Shown here: one piece after another, positions 28,586-38,834 of the stretch | Numbering within the stretch: the stretch's first letter is position 1 | Layout of the letters: the number at the start of each line of letters is the position of its first letter | From: Actinomycetota bacterium | GTDB taxonomy: Bacteria > Actinomycetota > Actinomycetes > JAKEEW01 | Reading direction: 5' to 3' | DNA length: 52,684 nt | Assembly (NCBI GenBank): GCA_046725875.1 | Contig: JBKOZJ010000046.1 | Location: 1-52,684, forward strand | Position numbers and translations under genes: made by a program | Notes under the pieces: generated by a model | What the model was told of the DNA's origin: nothing | Seen by the model: the letters and a program-made list of their open reading frames with translations, nothing else | The model's database searches: none

Positions 28586-29878
28586 TCAGCTCGTCGACTC
28601 GTACGACCACTGACTGTCCCGATCACTGTCGATCACCGGTCTGCTCACGCGCTGACTGTGCCGCCTCATGGCCAGCCCGACGCAGGCGACGGCGCCGAGC
28701 AGGACGGTGACCAGCCCTGAGCCGCCGAGCGTCGCGCGCGGGCCCAGCGCTGTGGTGAGCGGTCCGCCGAGCGCGGTTCCGAGCGGGGAGGCGGTGAGCA
28801 GCGCCGCACTGCGGGCCGCGAGCATCGCCGCCAGGTGCCGCCGCGGCGACTTCGCCTGCATCAGCGTGACCGAGAGCGCAACGAATGGCCCGTAGATCGC
28901 GCCGCCGAGCGTGAAGGATGCGACGGTGACGGCCGTCGGCGCGGCGAGCCCGAACGGCAGCAGCGCGAGGCCCCAGCCGACCACGATGGCGACCGTCACC
29001 GGCCAGAGCGGCAGTTGCCGCAGCGTGCCGACCGCCAGCCCGCCGATCACCGCGCCGACGCCGAACAGGGTCCAGTAGAGGCCGAGCAGCGTGCCCCGCG
29101 CGTGCAGGTCGTCGGTCACGTGTAGTGGCAGCGCGACCTCGACGGGACCGTACAGCAGGTTGAAGAACCACGTCAGCGTCAGCAGCCCGAGCAACTCGGG
29201 ATGCGTTCGCAGCAGCGCGAACCCGCCGCGCGCGGCCGCCTGGTCGGCAGGGGCGACGTGCTCGGTCTCCGGCAGCCGGGCGCGTGCGACGAGCAGGGCG
29301 AGGAACACGTAGGTGAGCGCGTCCAAGCCGAGCACGAGTGCAGAGCTGACGTACGTGACGAGCACGCCGGCGACCGCGGGCCCCGCGATGGTGGCGGCAA
29401 AGTTGAGCGAGCTCACGAGGGTGTTGGCGGCGAGCCGCTGCTCGGCGGGCAGTAGCTCGGCCAGCAGCGTGTACTTGCCCGCGCTGCCCCAGGCGTGCAG
29501 CAGCGACGAGACCGCGAGCAGCACGACGTAGAGCGGTGGCGTGAGGAGCCCGGCGAGCCACGCGAGCGGTACGGCGCCGAGGAACGCTCCGCGCACCACG
29601 TTGTCGGCCAGCACCAGCCGCTTGGCCGGCAGCCTGCGCAGACGGCGACCGAACACGAGCGCACCGACCACGCCAGGCAACGTGTATGCCGCCACCGCGC
29701 CGCCGACCCACAGCCCCGCGGTCGCCTGCGGCGCCAGCTCGATGGCGAGCCACGCCACCGCGACGAAGCTCATGCCGTCACCGAGGTACGAGACCGCGAA
29801 GCCGACGATCAGTCGCCGGAACACCCGGTCGGCGAGCACCGGCCGGTAGGCAGAGGGGACGAGGCGTCGGAGCATCAC
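28586..29878 (-). CDS. MFS transporter
   Basis: About 12 hydrophobic helices; VSYLGDGMS start typical of DHA3-like exporters. Confidence 0.85.
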   Translation of the reverse strand: MMLRRLVPSAYRPVLADRVFRRLIVGFAVSYLGDGMSFVAVAWLAIELAPQATAGLWVGGAVAAYTLPGVVGALVFGRRLRRLPAKRLVLADNVVRGAFLGAVPLAWLAGLLTPPLYVVLLAVSSLLHAWGSAGKYTLLAELLPAEQRLAANTLVSSLNFAATIAGPAVAGVLVTYVSSALVLGLDALTYVFLALLVARARLPETEHVAPADQAAARGGFALLRTHPELLGLLTLTWFFNLLYGPVEVALPLHVTDDLHARGTLLGLYWTLFGVGAVIGGLAVGTLRQLPLWPVTVAIVVGWGLALLPFGLAAPTAVTVASFTLGGAIYGPFVALSVTLMQAKSPRRHLAAMLAARSAALLTASPLGTALGGPLTTALGPRATLGGSGLVTVLLGAVACVGLAMRRHSQRVSRPVIDSDRDSQWSYESTS

Positions 29879-29949
29879 GGCACCGGCTGAACAGGCACCT
29901 TGGATCGATCTGGTCTCAGCTGTCAGTCAGGCCGCGAGTGCCGGACGGC

Positions 29950-30360
29950 TCAGCGGAGCTCCTGGATGCGGATCATGTTGCCCGCGGGGTCGCGGAAGGC
30001 GCAGTCCCGCATCCCGTACGGCTGTACGGTCGGCTCCTGGACGACCTCAGCGTCGCTGGCCTGCAGCCGCTCGAACGTGGCGTCGAGGTCCTTGGTGGCC
30101 AGGAGAATCCAGCCGTAGGTGCCCTTGGCCATCATCTCGAGGATGGTGCGGCGCTCGTCGTCGGTGATTCCGGGGTCGGCGGCCGGCGGCGCCAGGAGGA
30201 TGGACGTGCCCGGCTGGTCGGGGGGGCCGACCGTGATCCAACGCATCTTGCCCTGTCCGACGTCGGTTCGCACCTCGAAGCCGAGGATGTCGCGATAGAA
30301 GGCCAAAGAGGCGTCCGGGTCGTCGTGCGGGAGGACGGTGGTGTGAATGGTGATGTCCAT
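29950..30360 (-). CDS. VOC/glyoxalase family protein
   Basis: DPDASLAFYRDILGFEV, PYGMRDCAFRDPAGN. Confidence 0.9.
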   Translation of the reverse strand: MDITIHTTVLPHDDPDASLAFYRDILGFEVRTDVGQGKMRWITVGPPDQPGTSILLAPPAADPGITDDERRTILEMMAKGTYGWILLATKDLDATFERLQASDAEVVQEPTVQPYGMRDCAFRDPAGNMIRIQELR

Positions 30361-30370
30361 GGCGGTCACG

Positions 30371-30814
30371 CTAGCTGCGACTCGTGACCGGCGCTTCTCG
30401 ATTCCTGACCGGCCTGGTGACCTGTTTCGCCACGCACGACGGCATCCCCGCCGTCGCCTCCGCCGCCAGGCGCCGGTACGTGCTGGGGGGCATCCCGACG
30501 AGTTCGGCGAAGCGAGTACTGAACGTGCCCAACGAGGCGCAGCCGACCGCGAAGCAGACCTCGGTGACGCCGAGGTCGCCACGGCGCAGCAGCGCCATCG
30601 CGCGCTCGATGCGCCGCGTCATCAGATAGCTGTATGGCGACTCCCCGTAGGCCAGCCGGAACTCGCGGCTGAGGTGACCGGCCGACATGTGTGCGCCACG
30701 GGCGAGCGCCTCGACGTCCAGCGGCTGCGCGTACTCCCGGTCGATCCGGTCCCGAACACGGCGCAGTCGCGCGAGGTCGCGCAAGTGCTGCGCGGCGGCG
30801 GGTCCGCTGGTCAC
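30371..30814 (-). CDS. AraC family HTH regulator
   Basis: RVRDRIDREYAQPLDVEALA, SLGTFSTRF.ELVG.PPS.YR. Confidence 0.9.
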   Translation of the reverse strand: MTSGPAAAQHLRDLARLRRVRDRIDREYAQPLDVEALARGAHMSAGHLSREFRLAYGESPYSYLMTRRIERAMALLRRGDLGVTEVCFAVGCASLGTFSTRFAELVGMPPSTYRRLAAEATAGMPSCVAKQVTRPVRNREAPVTSRS

Positions 30815-30993
30815 CGGCGAGATCATGCCACCCCACTCCGCGTCCGTTTTGGACCGGTCTGCTCGGCTTCCGTCCTCGACCCGCTCAGGCCCTGAGGTAC
30901 CGACTCTTCCCACGTCAACACGTCTCGTTGACAGTTTTTCATGGGAGTTGCCGAACCGGAAGCAATCAAGGTCGACCTCGTGGCGGACACTCG

Positions 30994-31659
30994 TTAGGTT
31001 TCGGTCGGTCGACGCTCGAGACTCTGGCGACCGACGAAGGTGAAAATGCGTTCGCCGCGTGCCAGCGGTCCTGGTCGCCCCTGGAAGCGGTGCACGCCGA
31101 CGCCAAAGCCTTCCTGCAGATCGGACAGCCAGACAAGCCTGAACTCGTGATCGGCGAACCACCGGCACACCGTCGGGACGAGGTCCGGCTTCCGGCGATG
31201 CCTGGTCCAGATGACGGACCCGCCGCGCTTACAGAAGGCTGGGAGGAACGAGATCGTCCGGGCGATGTCCTCATCGGTCACGTTGCCGAACACACCGCAA
31301 GCGAGCACAAGGTCGGCCGGAATCCGGCCTTCGTAGACGTCGGTGAGGGAGGCGTCATCGGCCACGACCTCGATGTGGCTCAGCCCAGCATCGAACGCGT
31401 GTTTACGGGCGATAGTAACGTTGCGCGAGTCCAGCTCGACGAGAAGCGCGGACACGTCCGCTCGACGTCCGTGAGTGGCGAGCACGCCGAGCAGGTCGCG
31501 ACCTTGGCCGGCACAGATGCTGACTGCCTGCAGCGGTCCCGGCGGTGCGCCGTCGAAGACGGCGGCTACTCGGTCCTGGACGGCGGCTAGGCGCCGCGCC
31601 AGCGTCGAGCCCGGCACGTCGTACTGGCCGTGCCAGCCAAACCAATCCCGGTCGGTCAC
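30994..31659 (-). CDS. SAM-dependent methyltransferase
   Basis: SICAGQGRD motif, LVELD, CGVFGN. Confidence 0.75.
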   Translation of the reverse strand: MTDRDWFGWHGQYDVPGSTLARRLAAVQDRVAAVFDGAPPGPLQAVSICAGQGRDLLGVLATHGRRADVSALLVELDSRNVTIARKHAFDAGLSHIEVVADDASLTDVYEGRIPADLVLACGVFGNVTDEDIARTISFLPAFCKRGGSVIWTRHRRKPDLVPTVCRWFADHEFRLVWLSDLQEGFGVGVHRFQGRPGPLARGERIFTFVGRQSLERRPTET

Positions 31660-31757
31660 GAACGCACGCTACCGGCAGGTCCGACAAGTGACCCGGAGGG
31701 CGGCCGGGTGTTAGGCAGGCCGGCACCTGACGCCCTTGGTTGACGGTGTAGGCACTT

Positions 31758-32699
31758 TCAGCCGGCGTATTCGATGCCAGCGGGCCCGCCTGGCCCTCCG
31801 AGGGCCTCGATCACCGGGAGAGCCGGCGCGTGCAGCCCCCGCGGAACCGCCGTGGACGCGTCTGCCTCCTCCCGGGCCAGGAGCATCGCCACCCGTTCGA
31901 ATACGTCTTGACCGTCGAGCGCATAGGCGGCGGTGAAGTCGACCGCTCCGTTGAGCTCGAGCACGACATACCCACCGCCGGGGCGCGGCAGCAGATCGAC
32001 GCCGACGAAGTCGCCCCCGATAGCCGCGGCGGCCGCAAGGGCGGCGGCGACGGCCTCCGGCGGGGGCGTAACCCGCCGGCGAATCGCGCCTAGCGCCACG
32101 TTGGTTCGCCACTCGCCGGGTGCGGCGACCCGTTCAATAGCGCCTACCACCTCGCCGCGAGAAACCAGCAGGCGCATGTCAAAGCCGAGCGGCTCGACCA
32201 GCTCCTGTACGAGCGCGCCATGGCGGCGGAACCAAGCGCATCCGCCGAGCTCGTCCAGATGCTGCATATAGTCCTCCGCCGTGTCGCAGCGGACGACATC
32301 CCTGCCCCAGCTGCCGAATCGGGGCTTGACCACGACCGGAGGGTCGATGGGTAGCGTCGGGTCGTGCTCGGTGATCTGCGCGGTGGACGGGCTCGGCACG
32401 CTGTGCCTGGAAAGCGCGACCGCGGTCTCCAGCTTGTCGTGCATCGATCGCAGCGAGGCAGCAGTGTTGAAGACGCGAAGGCCGCGACGCTCGAGGCGAC
32501 GCAGCTCGCGCAGGCCCGGCTCCACCCCGTCGAGTGACGCGGTCACATCGAGACGAGCCACGATGGTGTCGACGGCCTGGACGCGCCAGCGGGCTTGCGC
32601 GGGCTTGAGCAGAGTGGCGTCCAGCCCGAGCCGGTGCCAAGCGTCAACGAGCTCGAGGTTAGTGCGGCTCGGCTGGCCGGCCAGAAGGTAGATCGCCAT
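31758..32699 (-). CDS. RimK/LysX family ATP-grasp ligase
   Basis: HDKLET, VVKPRFGSWGRDV, VQELV, WRTNVALG, GVDLL, ELNG; GAGGAGG RBS. Confidence 0.85.
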   Translation of the reverse strand: MAIYLLAGQPSRTNLELVDAWHRLGLDATLLKPAQARWRVQAVDTIVARLDVTASLDGVEPGLRELRRLERRGLRVFNTAASLRSMHDKLETAVALSRHSVPSPSTAQITEHDPTLPIDPPVVVKPRFGSWGRDVVRCDTAEDYMQHLDELGGCAWFRRHGALVQELVEPLGFDMRLLVSRGEVVGAIERVAAPGEWRTNVALGAIRRRVTPPPEAVAAALAAAAAIGGDFVGVDLLPRPGGGYVVLELNGAVDFTAAYALDGQDVFERVAMLLAREEADASTAVPRGLHAPALPVIEALGGPGGPAGIEYAG

Positions 32700-32976
32700 G
32701 GTGCCTCCTCGTCGAGGGCACGCTGTCGCCAAACGGGGTGCGCGGGTAGATCGTTTGAGGTGGGGGTGCGCTGGTGGTTCTGTAGGTCGTAAACGGCGGA
32801 GACGGCCTTAAAGTGCTCGGAATCGCGACGGGGATACTCGGGCGGCCCGTCAGAAGGAGGATAGGGGTATAGCCAAAGCACGCACTAGGGGGAAATTCGG
32901 CGTTCTCCCGCCCGCGCGCCGGCGACCCCCCAGCCTTCGCCCTCACAGCCGCGTTGACCTGCTGGTTTACCCACCG

Positions 32977-33894
32977 CTACGGGGAGTACGTAAGGCCTTC
33001 GTCACCAAGAGTTGGCACGTTGGAAGGCAGGTCGCCGTCCTTCGGCCGCCGTCGCAGCGCTTCCAGCACGAGCGATACCTCGAATCCAGTCCCCCGCGGA
33101 ACGAACGCCGCAATCCGGGAATACACATCGGCGGCCGCGCCCGAGAAGCCGTCCGGCAGCCCGGCCGCCCTGAGTACCTTGGCCGCCTCGTCCATCTCGG
33201 CGGCCCATCGCCACGCCTTCGCGGTCGCCCGCGAGCCAGCTTCATCGAGCTCGAGGTCAAGCCGCACCCCCGTGCGCTCCAGCTCCGATTGCAGGGCCTC
33301 TTCGACGCCGTACTGCCGGGCCGCCGCGGCGAGCACCAGCCAGAGTGTCGGGAGCGCCTTGCTCTGCAGGCCGAAGCACGCCTTCAGCGCGCTGGCGCTG
33401 CCAATGTTCGCATCCAGGACGCGGGCCTCGACGGCGGAGCCGGCGAACAGCGCTGCCAGCGGCTCCGCCTGCTCCCCCGCCGCCCAAAGTACGGTTTGGC
33501 CCGGCCGCCAAGCTGGCGGACCGATGATCGCGGCGTCGACTACCCGCTCTTGTCCGAACAGATCCGCGATCTTCCTGACCGTGTCTGGAGCTACCGCGTT
33601 CGCGTCGACATAGAGCAGCGGCCGACCGTGCAGGGCGACCTGCTCGGCGACAGCCAGCGCCGCGGTCGGGGGGCACACCGAGATCACAACGTCGGCGGAG
33701 GCGACCAGCTCGGCGACATCCCGCACCGCGACAAGGTCAGCAAGCTCCGCGCGCTTCGATGTCTCATCCGATCGGCCCTCCGCCGCCCAGATCACCTGGC
33801 CTGCGGTGGCCTTGAGGGCGGCGCCAAGCGATGCTCCCATTGCGCCCGGGTGCAGGATGCCGATGACCGGCCGGTCGGTGAGCTTAGCCGCCAC
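32977..33894 (-). CDS. NAD(P)-dependent dehydrogenase with DUF1932 domain
   Basis: ILHPGAMG, YVDANAVAP, ASALKAC, KAWRWAAEMDE. Confidence 0.8.
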   Translation of the reverse strand: MAAKLTDRPVIGILHPGAMGASLGAALKATAGQVIWAAEGRSDETSKRAELADLVAVRDVAELVASADVVISVCPPTAALAVAEQVALHGRPLLYVDANAVAPDTVRKIADLFGQERVVDAAIIGPPAWRPGQTVLWAAGEQAEPLAALFAGSAVEARVLDANIGSASALKACFGLQSKALPTLWLVLAAAARQYGVEEALQSELERTGVRLDLELDEAGSRATAKAWRWAAEMDEAAKVLRAAGLPDGFSGAAADVYSRIAAFVPRGTGFEVSLVLEALRRRPKDGDLPSNVPTLGDEGLTYSP

Positions 33895-33978
33895 CCGGCC
33901 AGTGTGCCAGCACGGTGTTCGAGCGCCACGGTTCGCCCGTTCCCCTACAGTTTCGTTGTGGACCTGCACGGCGATGCC

Positions 33979-35886
33979 ATGACGGCGGAGATCGATGCGC
34001 CGCCGCGAGCGGCCGGCAAAGTGTGGAGGGCACCGGCCGCGATCTGGCTGCTCGTCGGGGCCGTGGGCTTGGCCTTCGCGGATGCCTCGATCGTCGTGCT
34101 CGCGCTGCCGCCGATCTACGGCGAGTTCCACACCACGATCGTCGGTGTCTCCTGGGTGCTCACCGGATATGCCGCTGCGGTAGCCGTTCTGGCGCTGCTG
34201 GTCGCGGTCATCGGACCGCGAGTGCGCCCGGTCGCCTTGTCCGGCGGGGGGCTGATCGTTTTCGCGGCCGCGTCAGTTGTCTGTGGTTTGGCCAACTCAC
34301 TTGCCGCGCTCCTGGTCGGCCGGGGTCTCCAGGGTGCAGGCGCCGCGCTGCTCCTTGCCGGCTCGCTCGCCGTCCTCCGCGCGACCCTGGGCCGGGACGC
34401 CGGCAGCACCGCGTGGAGCACGGCGGCCGCGGTCGGGCTGGTGGTCGGCCCGGCCCTGGGCGGTGTGCTCACTGAGATGTTCGACTGGCGGTCGATCTTC
34501 CTCTTCCAGGCTCCGCTCGGGCTTCTCGCTCTGACCGCCGTAGCCGTACCGGCGGCGCGCACCGTTGAACCGAGCAGGCCAGGTGGGGCCCGCAGGCCAC
34601 CGCTCCTGCCGAACGTTGGCCTGATTCTGTTGTCGGGGGCCCTCGTCGGGGCCCTGTTCTTGAGCGTCCTGCTGGTGATCGAGATCTGGCGCTACTCCCC
34701 CGTCGCCGGCGCCGGTGTCGTGACCGCGCTGCCGGCCGGCATGCTCCTTATCCGCTACGCGAGCGGGCGGCTGCCGGCAGCCGCCCACTCGCTCGGCGGC
34801 GCACTGTTGCTCGGCGGCGCACTGTTGCTCGGCGGCGGTCTGTCCGCGTTGGCCTGGCTACCCTCCACGGACTATGCCTGGATGGTGGCCGCGCTGGCGC
34901 TGTGCGGGGCCGGGGTTGGGCTACTCACGGGCGTGCTCGACCGGGCGGCGCTTGGCGACGGGAGAGACACGGTCAGGAACGGGGCGTTGGCCGTAAGCGC
35001 CCGCCACGCCGGGCTCGTGCTGGGGTTGGTTTTGATCGCCCCGATCCTCGCCGGCACGCTCGACCGAGCGTCCGAGCGCGCGGCACTTGCCGGCGCAAGC
35101 GTTGTCCTCGACGCCCGAGCACCCGTGCAAGACAAGGTGAAGATCGCGCTGACGATGCGAGACCAGCTCGACGCGAGCCAGCGCGGCGCGGTACCCGACC
35201 TTGAGGAGACCGTCGCGGCGGCGGGTGTGGGGTCCGCCGCCGGGCTGCGGGTCGGGGAGCATCTCGCCGCTCGGGTGGAGGGTGTCCTGACCCGAGCGTT
35301 CCGCCCCGCCTTCGGGGCCGCCGCCTGCCTCGGCCTCGCGGTCGCGATTCCCGGTCTGGCCATGTTGGCCCGGACCCGCCGTCGCCCGCGAAAGGCAGCA
35401 GCGGCGGACAGTCGGAGCTGGGTGGGCCGAGGAGCACCGGCGACATCGGCGGCCTTCGCGGGCCTCAGCGCGCTGATCCTGTGTGCTGGTGGCCTCCTCG
35501 TCGCCGAGCGGAGCGCCGGCGCGGCCGGTTTCGGGTCCTATCGAGAGGCCAATGCCTGTACGGCCGCAGCCGATCCGTACCCGGGCGGCGGGTTCGATGC
35601 GGGAATCCAACGGATCGCGCTTTCGGCCGTCAACGGCGCCGCCTGCCAGCTGGGGATCTCCCGCGAACGGCTCGTACTCTCGCTCGACGGCGAGCAGCGG
35701 TTCGGCGGTCCACGGCTCGACCGGCAGACGATGGAGCGGGCCCTGCGGGCGGGACTCGTGCGTTCGGTCCAGGACGCGGAGAAGCGCGACGACCTTCCGG
35801 GGTGGATTCTCGGGCCGCTCAAGTCATTTGTTGAGACCGCCCCGCTGAGCTGGTTCCTCGACCAGCTGGGACTTCCGGCTCGCTAG
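33979..35886 (+). CDS. MFS-like transporter with extra C-terminal domain
   Basis: ADASIVVLALP, GRGLQGAGAA, GPALGG.LT..FDWRSIF; C-terminal extension with two Cys. Confidence 0.75.
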   Translation: MTAEIDAPPRAAGKVWRAPAAIWLLVGAVGLAFADASIVVLALPPIYGEFHTTIVGVSWVLTGYAAAVAVLALLVAVIGPRVRPVALSGGGLIVFAAASVVCGLANSLAALLVGRGLQGAGAALLLAGSLAVLRATLGRDAGSTAWSTAAAVGLVVGPALGGVLTEMFDWRSIFLFQAPLGLLALTAVAVPAARTVEPSRPGGARRPPLLPNVGLILLSGALVGALFLSVLLVIEIWRYSPVAGAGVVTALPAGMLLIRYASGRLPAAAHSLGGALLLGGALLLGGGLSALAWLPSTDYAWMVAALALCGAGVGLLTGVLDRAALGDGRDTVRNGALAVSARHAGLVLGLVLIAPILAGTLDRASERAALAGASVVLDARAPVQDKVKIALTMRDQLDASQRGAVPDLEETVAAAGVGSAAGLRVGEHLAARVEGVLTRAFRPAFGAAACLGLAVAIPGLAMLARTRRRPRKAAAADSRSWVGRGAPATSAAFAGLSALILCAGGLLVAERSAGAAGFGSYREANACTAAADPYPGGGFDAGIQRIALSAVNGAACQLGISRERLVLSLDGEQRFGGPRLDRQTMERALRAGLVRSVQDAEKRDDLPGWILGPLKSFVETAPLSWFLDQLGLPAR

Positions 35887-36841
35887 TAAGCACGTCCGCG
35901 AGGAGCGACGGGTCAGCGTTGCCGCCACTGACGACCGCAACGGTATGGGAGGAGGCCGGCAGCCGGTCGCGGGCGAACAAGTGGGCGGCGAGCGCCACCG
36001 CGCCGCTCGCCTCCGCGACCAGCCGGCTCTCTACGACGATCGCACGCATCGTCTCGCGGATCTGTTTCTCCGTGACAGTGATGACGTCGTCGACGTAGGA
36101 CTTTATGTGCTCCCAAGGCAGCTCACCCACGCTCGTGGTGCGCAGGCCGTCCGCGATCGTCCGCTGGGTCCGCTCCGGCTCCCAAACTTGGCGGTATCCG
36201 ATCCGGAAGCTCTCCACGGCGTCGGCCGCGAGCTCCGGCTCGACACCGACGATCCGAGCATCCGGGAGGCTGGATTTGACTGCGGTGGCAATCCCAGAGA
36301 TCAGGCCACCGCCGCTGACCGGGACCAGCGCGAGCTCGGCGTCCGGCAGGTCCGCCGCGATCTCGAGTCCGATCGTGCCCTGGCCCGCGATGATGTACGG
36401 GTCGTCGTACGGGGGCACCAGCGCGTAGCCGTGCCTCTCGGCAAGCGCAAGAGGGACCGTATCCCGGTCGGCCGGCGGGACAAGGATCACCTCGGCCCCG
36501 AGCGCCCGCGTCGCCGCAACTTTGTTCGGCGCCGCCGTCGCAGGCATAACGACCGTCGCCTTCACACCGAAGCTCGCCGCGGCGAAGGCGAGGGCTTGCC
36601 CGTGATTGCCGCTCGAGCTCCCGACCACTCCCCGCTCGCGGATCTGTGGGTCAAGCGCTGCGATCTTGTTGTACGCGCCCCTGATTTTGAACGAGCCCAC
36701 GGGCTGCAGCATCTCGGGCTTCAGGTAGACGAGCTCCCCGCGGGAGCCGGCCCAGCCGGCTGGCAGGAGCGGCGTGCGGACCGCCACGCCGGCGATGCGT
36801 TCCTGGGCGGTCCGGATGTCGGAGAGCGTGACGAGATCCAC
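35819..36841 (-). CDS. PLP-dependent threonine/serine dehydratase
   Basis: GSFKIRGA (PLP Lys), SSGNHG, PVSGGGL, SGGN. Confidence 0.9.
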   Translation of the reverse strand: MDLVTLSDIRTAQERIAGVAVRTPLLPAGWAGSRGELVYLKPEMLQPVGSFKIRGAYNKIAALDPQIRERGVVGSSSGNHGQALAFAAASFGVKATVVMPATAAPNKVAATRALGAEVILVPPADRDTVPLALAERHGYALVPPYDDPYIIAGQGTIGLEIAADLPDAELALVPVSGGGLISGIATAVKSSLPDARIVGVEPELAADAVESFRIGYRQVWEPERTQRTIADGLRTTSVGELPWEHIKSYVDDVITVTEKQIRETMRAIVVESRLVAEASGAVALAAHLFARDRLPASSHTVAVVSGGNADPSLLADVLTSEPEVPAGRGTSSAGRSQQMT

Positions 36842-37046
36842 GGCGCGAGCCTATCCTCGCCATCTTCTCGCCCGGATTCGCAGGCCGTGACCGCTTGACA
36901 ACGGTACGTTCTTCGACTAGCTGAAGTCCGCCGCTGTCACTTAGAGTCACGCGAGCGGGAGCGCGCGGGGACTGCAGAAGTGCCTTCACGGCCTCGCATC
37001 GGTTGAGCGGGTGCCGAACGTACTGACGATCAGCGAGGTGGAGCGA

Positions 37047-38825
37047 GTGGGAGGTCGCCATCGTGCCGTCGGCGACGCCGCCTCGCGCCGGGAGGATTTC
37101 CTGCGGCGGCGCACGACCCGCCGGCGGTCGCGCCTGCGCCGCGCGGCGGTCGCCCTTGGCGTCGTTGCTCTGGTCGCCGCCGCTAGTGCTTTCGCTGCCA
37201 GTCGGATGCTTGGGTGTACGTCCACAACGACGCTGTCGGTCGCCGCAAGCCCGGACATCGCCGCCGCGGTCGAGCAAGTGGCGAGCGGCATCCCGGAACG
37301 CAGCGGGAGTCGGATAAACGCGGAATGCACCAACTTCGCCGTGTCGAGCCATCCATCCGACGAGGTCGCCGAGGCGCTCGCCGCCGGCAAGCCAGCAAGC
37401 GTGGGCAATCCGGACGTGTGGATCCCCGACTCCTCGCTTTGGACGAGCAAGGCCGCGGCCGATAACCAGGCACCGCTGGGCGAGTCTCGGTCGATCGCCC
37501 AGTCTCCGGTGGTGGTCGCCATGGTGCGGCCGGCAGCCGAGCAGCAGGGCTGGCCCGGTACTCAGCCCACATGGTCACAGGTCGTCGCCAGTCTCGGATC
37601 CAGCCCGGTGAAGTTCGGCATCGCCGACCCGACCAAGTCGTCGGCGAGCCTGCTGACCCTGGCCGGTCTGCGGGACCTCCTCGGCAGCGGCGCCGAGGCG
37701 AACCTGCAACTTGTCGCCGCAGCCCGCACACTGTCCGCCCGGCTATCAGCGACCACCGATGACGTTCTATCCAAGCTGCCCCGAACTCCCGAAGAGATCA
37801 CCCAGTCGGCCGCCGGGCGGGTCGGCGCTTTCCCGTATACGGAACAGGGTGTCTGGGCGTACAACCAGAAATCGCCGGACGTCCCACTGGTCGCGATATA
37901 TCCCCAGGAAGGCACACCCTACCTCGACTACCCGTACACCCCGATGACTCGCCCGGGTCTGCCGGCCGGTCAGGCACAGCGGGTCCAGGACGCGGCCGCC
38001 ACCCTGCTCGATCGGTTGCGGTCCGACCCCGGGACCGTAGTGCTCGAGGACCACGGCTTCCGCTCGACCAGCGGCGAGACCGGCCTCGGCGCGGTTCCGG
38101 GCGAGGGCGTTCTGTCGGCGAAACCGAAGGCGCTGCCGAGCGCTTCGGCGGACCAACTTGACCAACTGCAGCGGCTATGGGCTGCCGCGAGCCTGAGTGG
38201 CCGCATCCTCACCGTCGTCGACGTCTCCGGGTCGATGGGCGAAGAGGTTCCCGGCGCGCCTGGCAAGACCCGGATGGATCTGTCCACGCAGGCTGTGCTA
38301 ACGGCACTGCCGCTGCTGCGCGAAGACACCTCGGTGGGCCTGTGGACCTTCTCGACCAAGCTGGACGGCAACAAGGACTACCGGCAGGTTGTGCCCATAC
38401 GGCCGCTGAGCAGCGTCGTCGGCGACGCCTCCCAGCGCACTCTGCTGAACTCGCTGGCGAGCCGGATCACGTGGAAGCCCGGCGGCGGCACCGGGCTCTA
38501 CGACACCATCCTCGCCGGCTACCGGACGATGACCGACGAGTACGAGGCCGGCAAGATCAACGCGCTGGTCGTGATGACCGACGGGAAGAACGAGGATCCC
38601 GGCAGCATCAGCCGGGAGGCGCTGATCAACGCGATCAAGTCCGAGTTCGATCCGGAGAAGCCGGTTATCTTGATCATCGTGGCGTTTGGGCCCGAGGTCG
38701 ACGCGGCCGAGGTGGAACCAATCGCTCAGGCCGCGCACGGTGAGGCGCACGTCACCAAGGACCCGCGCGCCATCATCCAGATTCTCCTCGAGGCGATCCT
38801 CGGTGCTGCCGCCACCACCCGATAG
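37047..38825 (+). CDS. Substrate-binding + vWA domain membrane-anchored protein
   Basis: TM anchor, PDVWIPDS, SPVVVA, MIDAS DVSGS, TGLYDT, MTDG. Confidence 0.85.
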   Translation: MGGRHRAVGDAASRREDFLRRRTTRRRSRLRRAAVALGVVALVAAASAFAASRMLGCTSTTTLSVAASPDIAAAVEQVASGIPERSGSRINAECTNFAVSSHPSDEVAEALAAGKPASVGNPDVWIPDSSLWTSKAAADNQAPLGESRSIAQSPVVVAMVRPAAEQQGWPGTQPTWSQVVASLGSSPVKFGIADPTKSSASLLTLAGLRDLLGSGAEANLQLVAAARTLSARLSATTDDVLSKLPRTPEEITQSAAGRVGAFPYTEQGVWAYNQKSPDVPLVAIYPQEGTPYLDYPYTPMTRPGLPAGQAQRVQDAAATLLDRLRSDPGTVVLEDHGFRSTSGETGLGAVPGEGVLSAKPKALPSASADQLDQLQRLWAAASLSGRILTVVDVSGSMGEEVPGAPGKTRMDLSTQAVLTALPLLREDTSVGLWTFSTKLDGNKDYRQVVPIRPLSSVVGDASQRTLLNSLASRITWKPGGGTGLYDTILAGYRTMTDEYEAGKINALVVMTDGKNEDPGSISREALINAIKSEFDPEKPVILIIVAFGPEVDAAEVEPIAQAAHGEAHVTKDPRAIIQILLEAILGAAATTR

Positions 38826-38834
38826 TCGCGTTGC

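Noticed and set aside
32700..32960. G-run motifs upstream of the RimK-like gene as response-regulator sites
   Set aside because: No clean dyad or regular spacing
33289..33978. N-terminal 230 aa of the 865-aa ORF
   Set aside because: Antisense to the DUF1932 dehydrogenase; MFS similarity starts at ATG 33979
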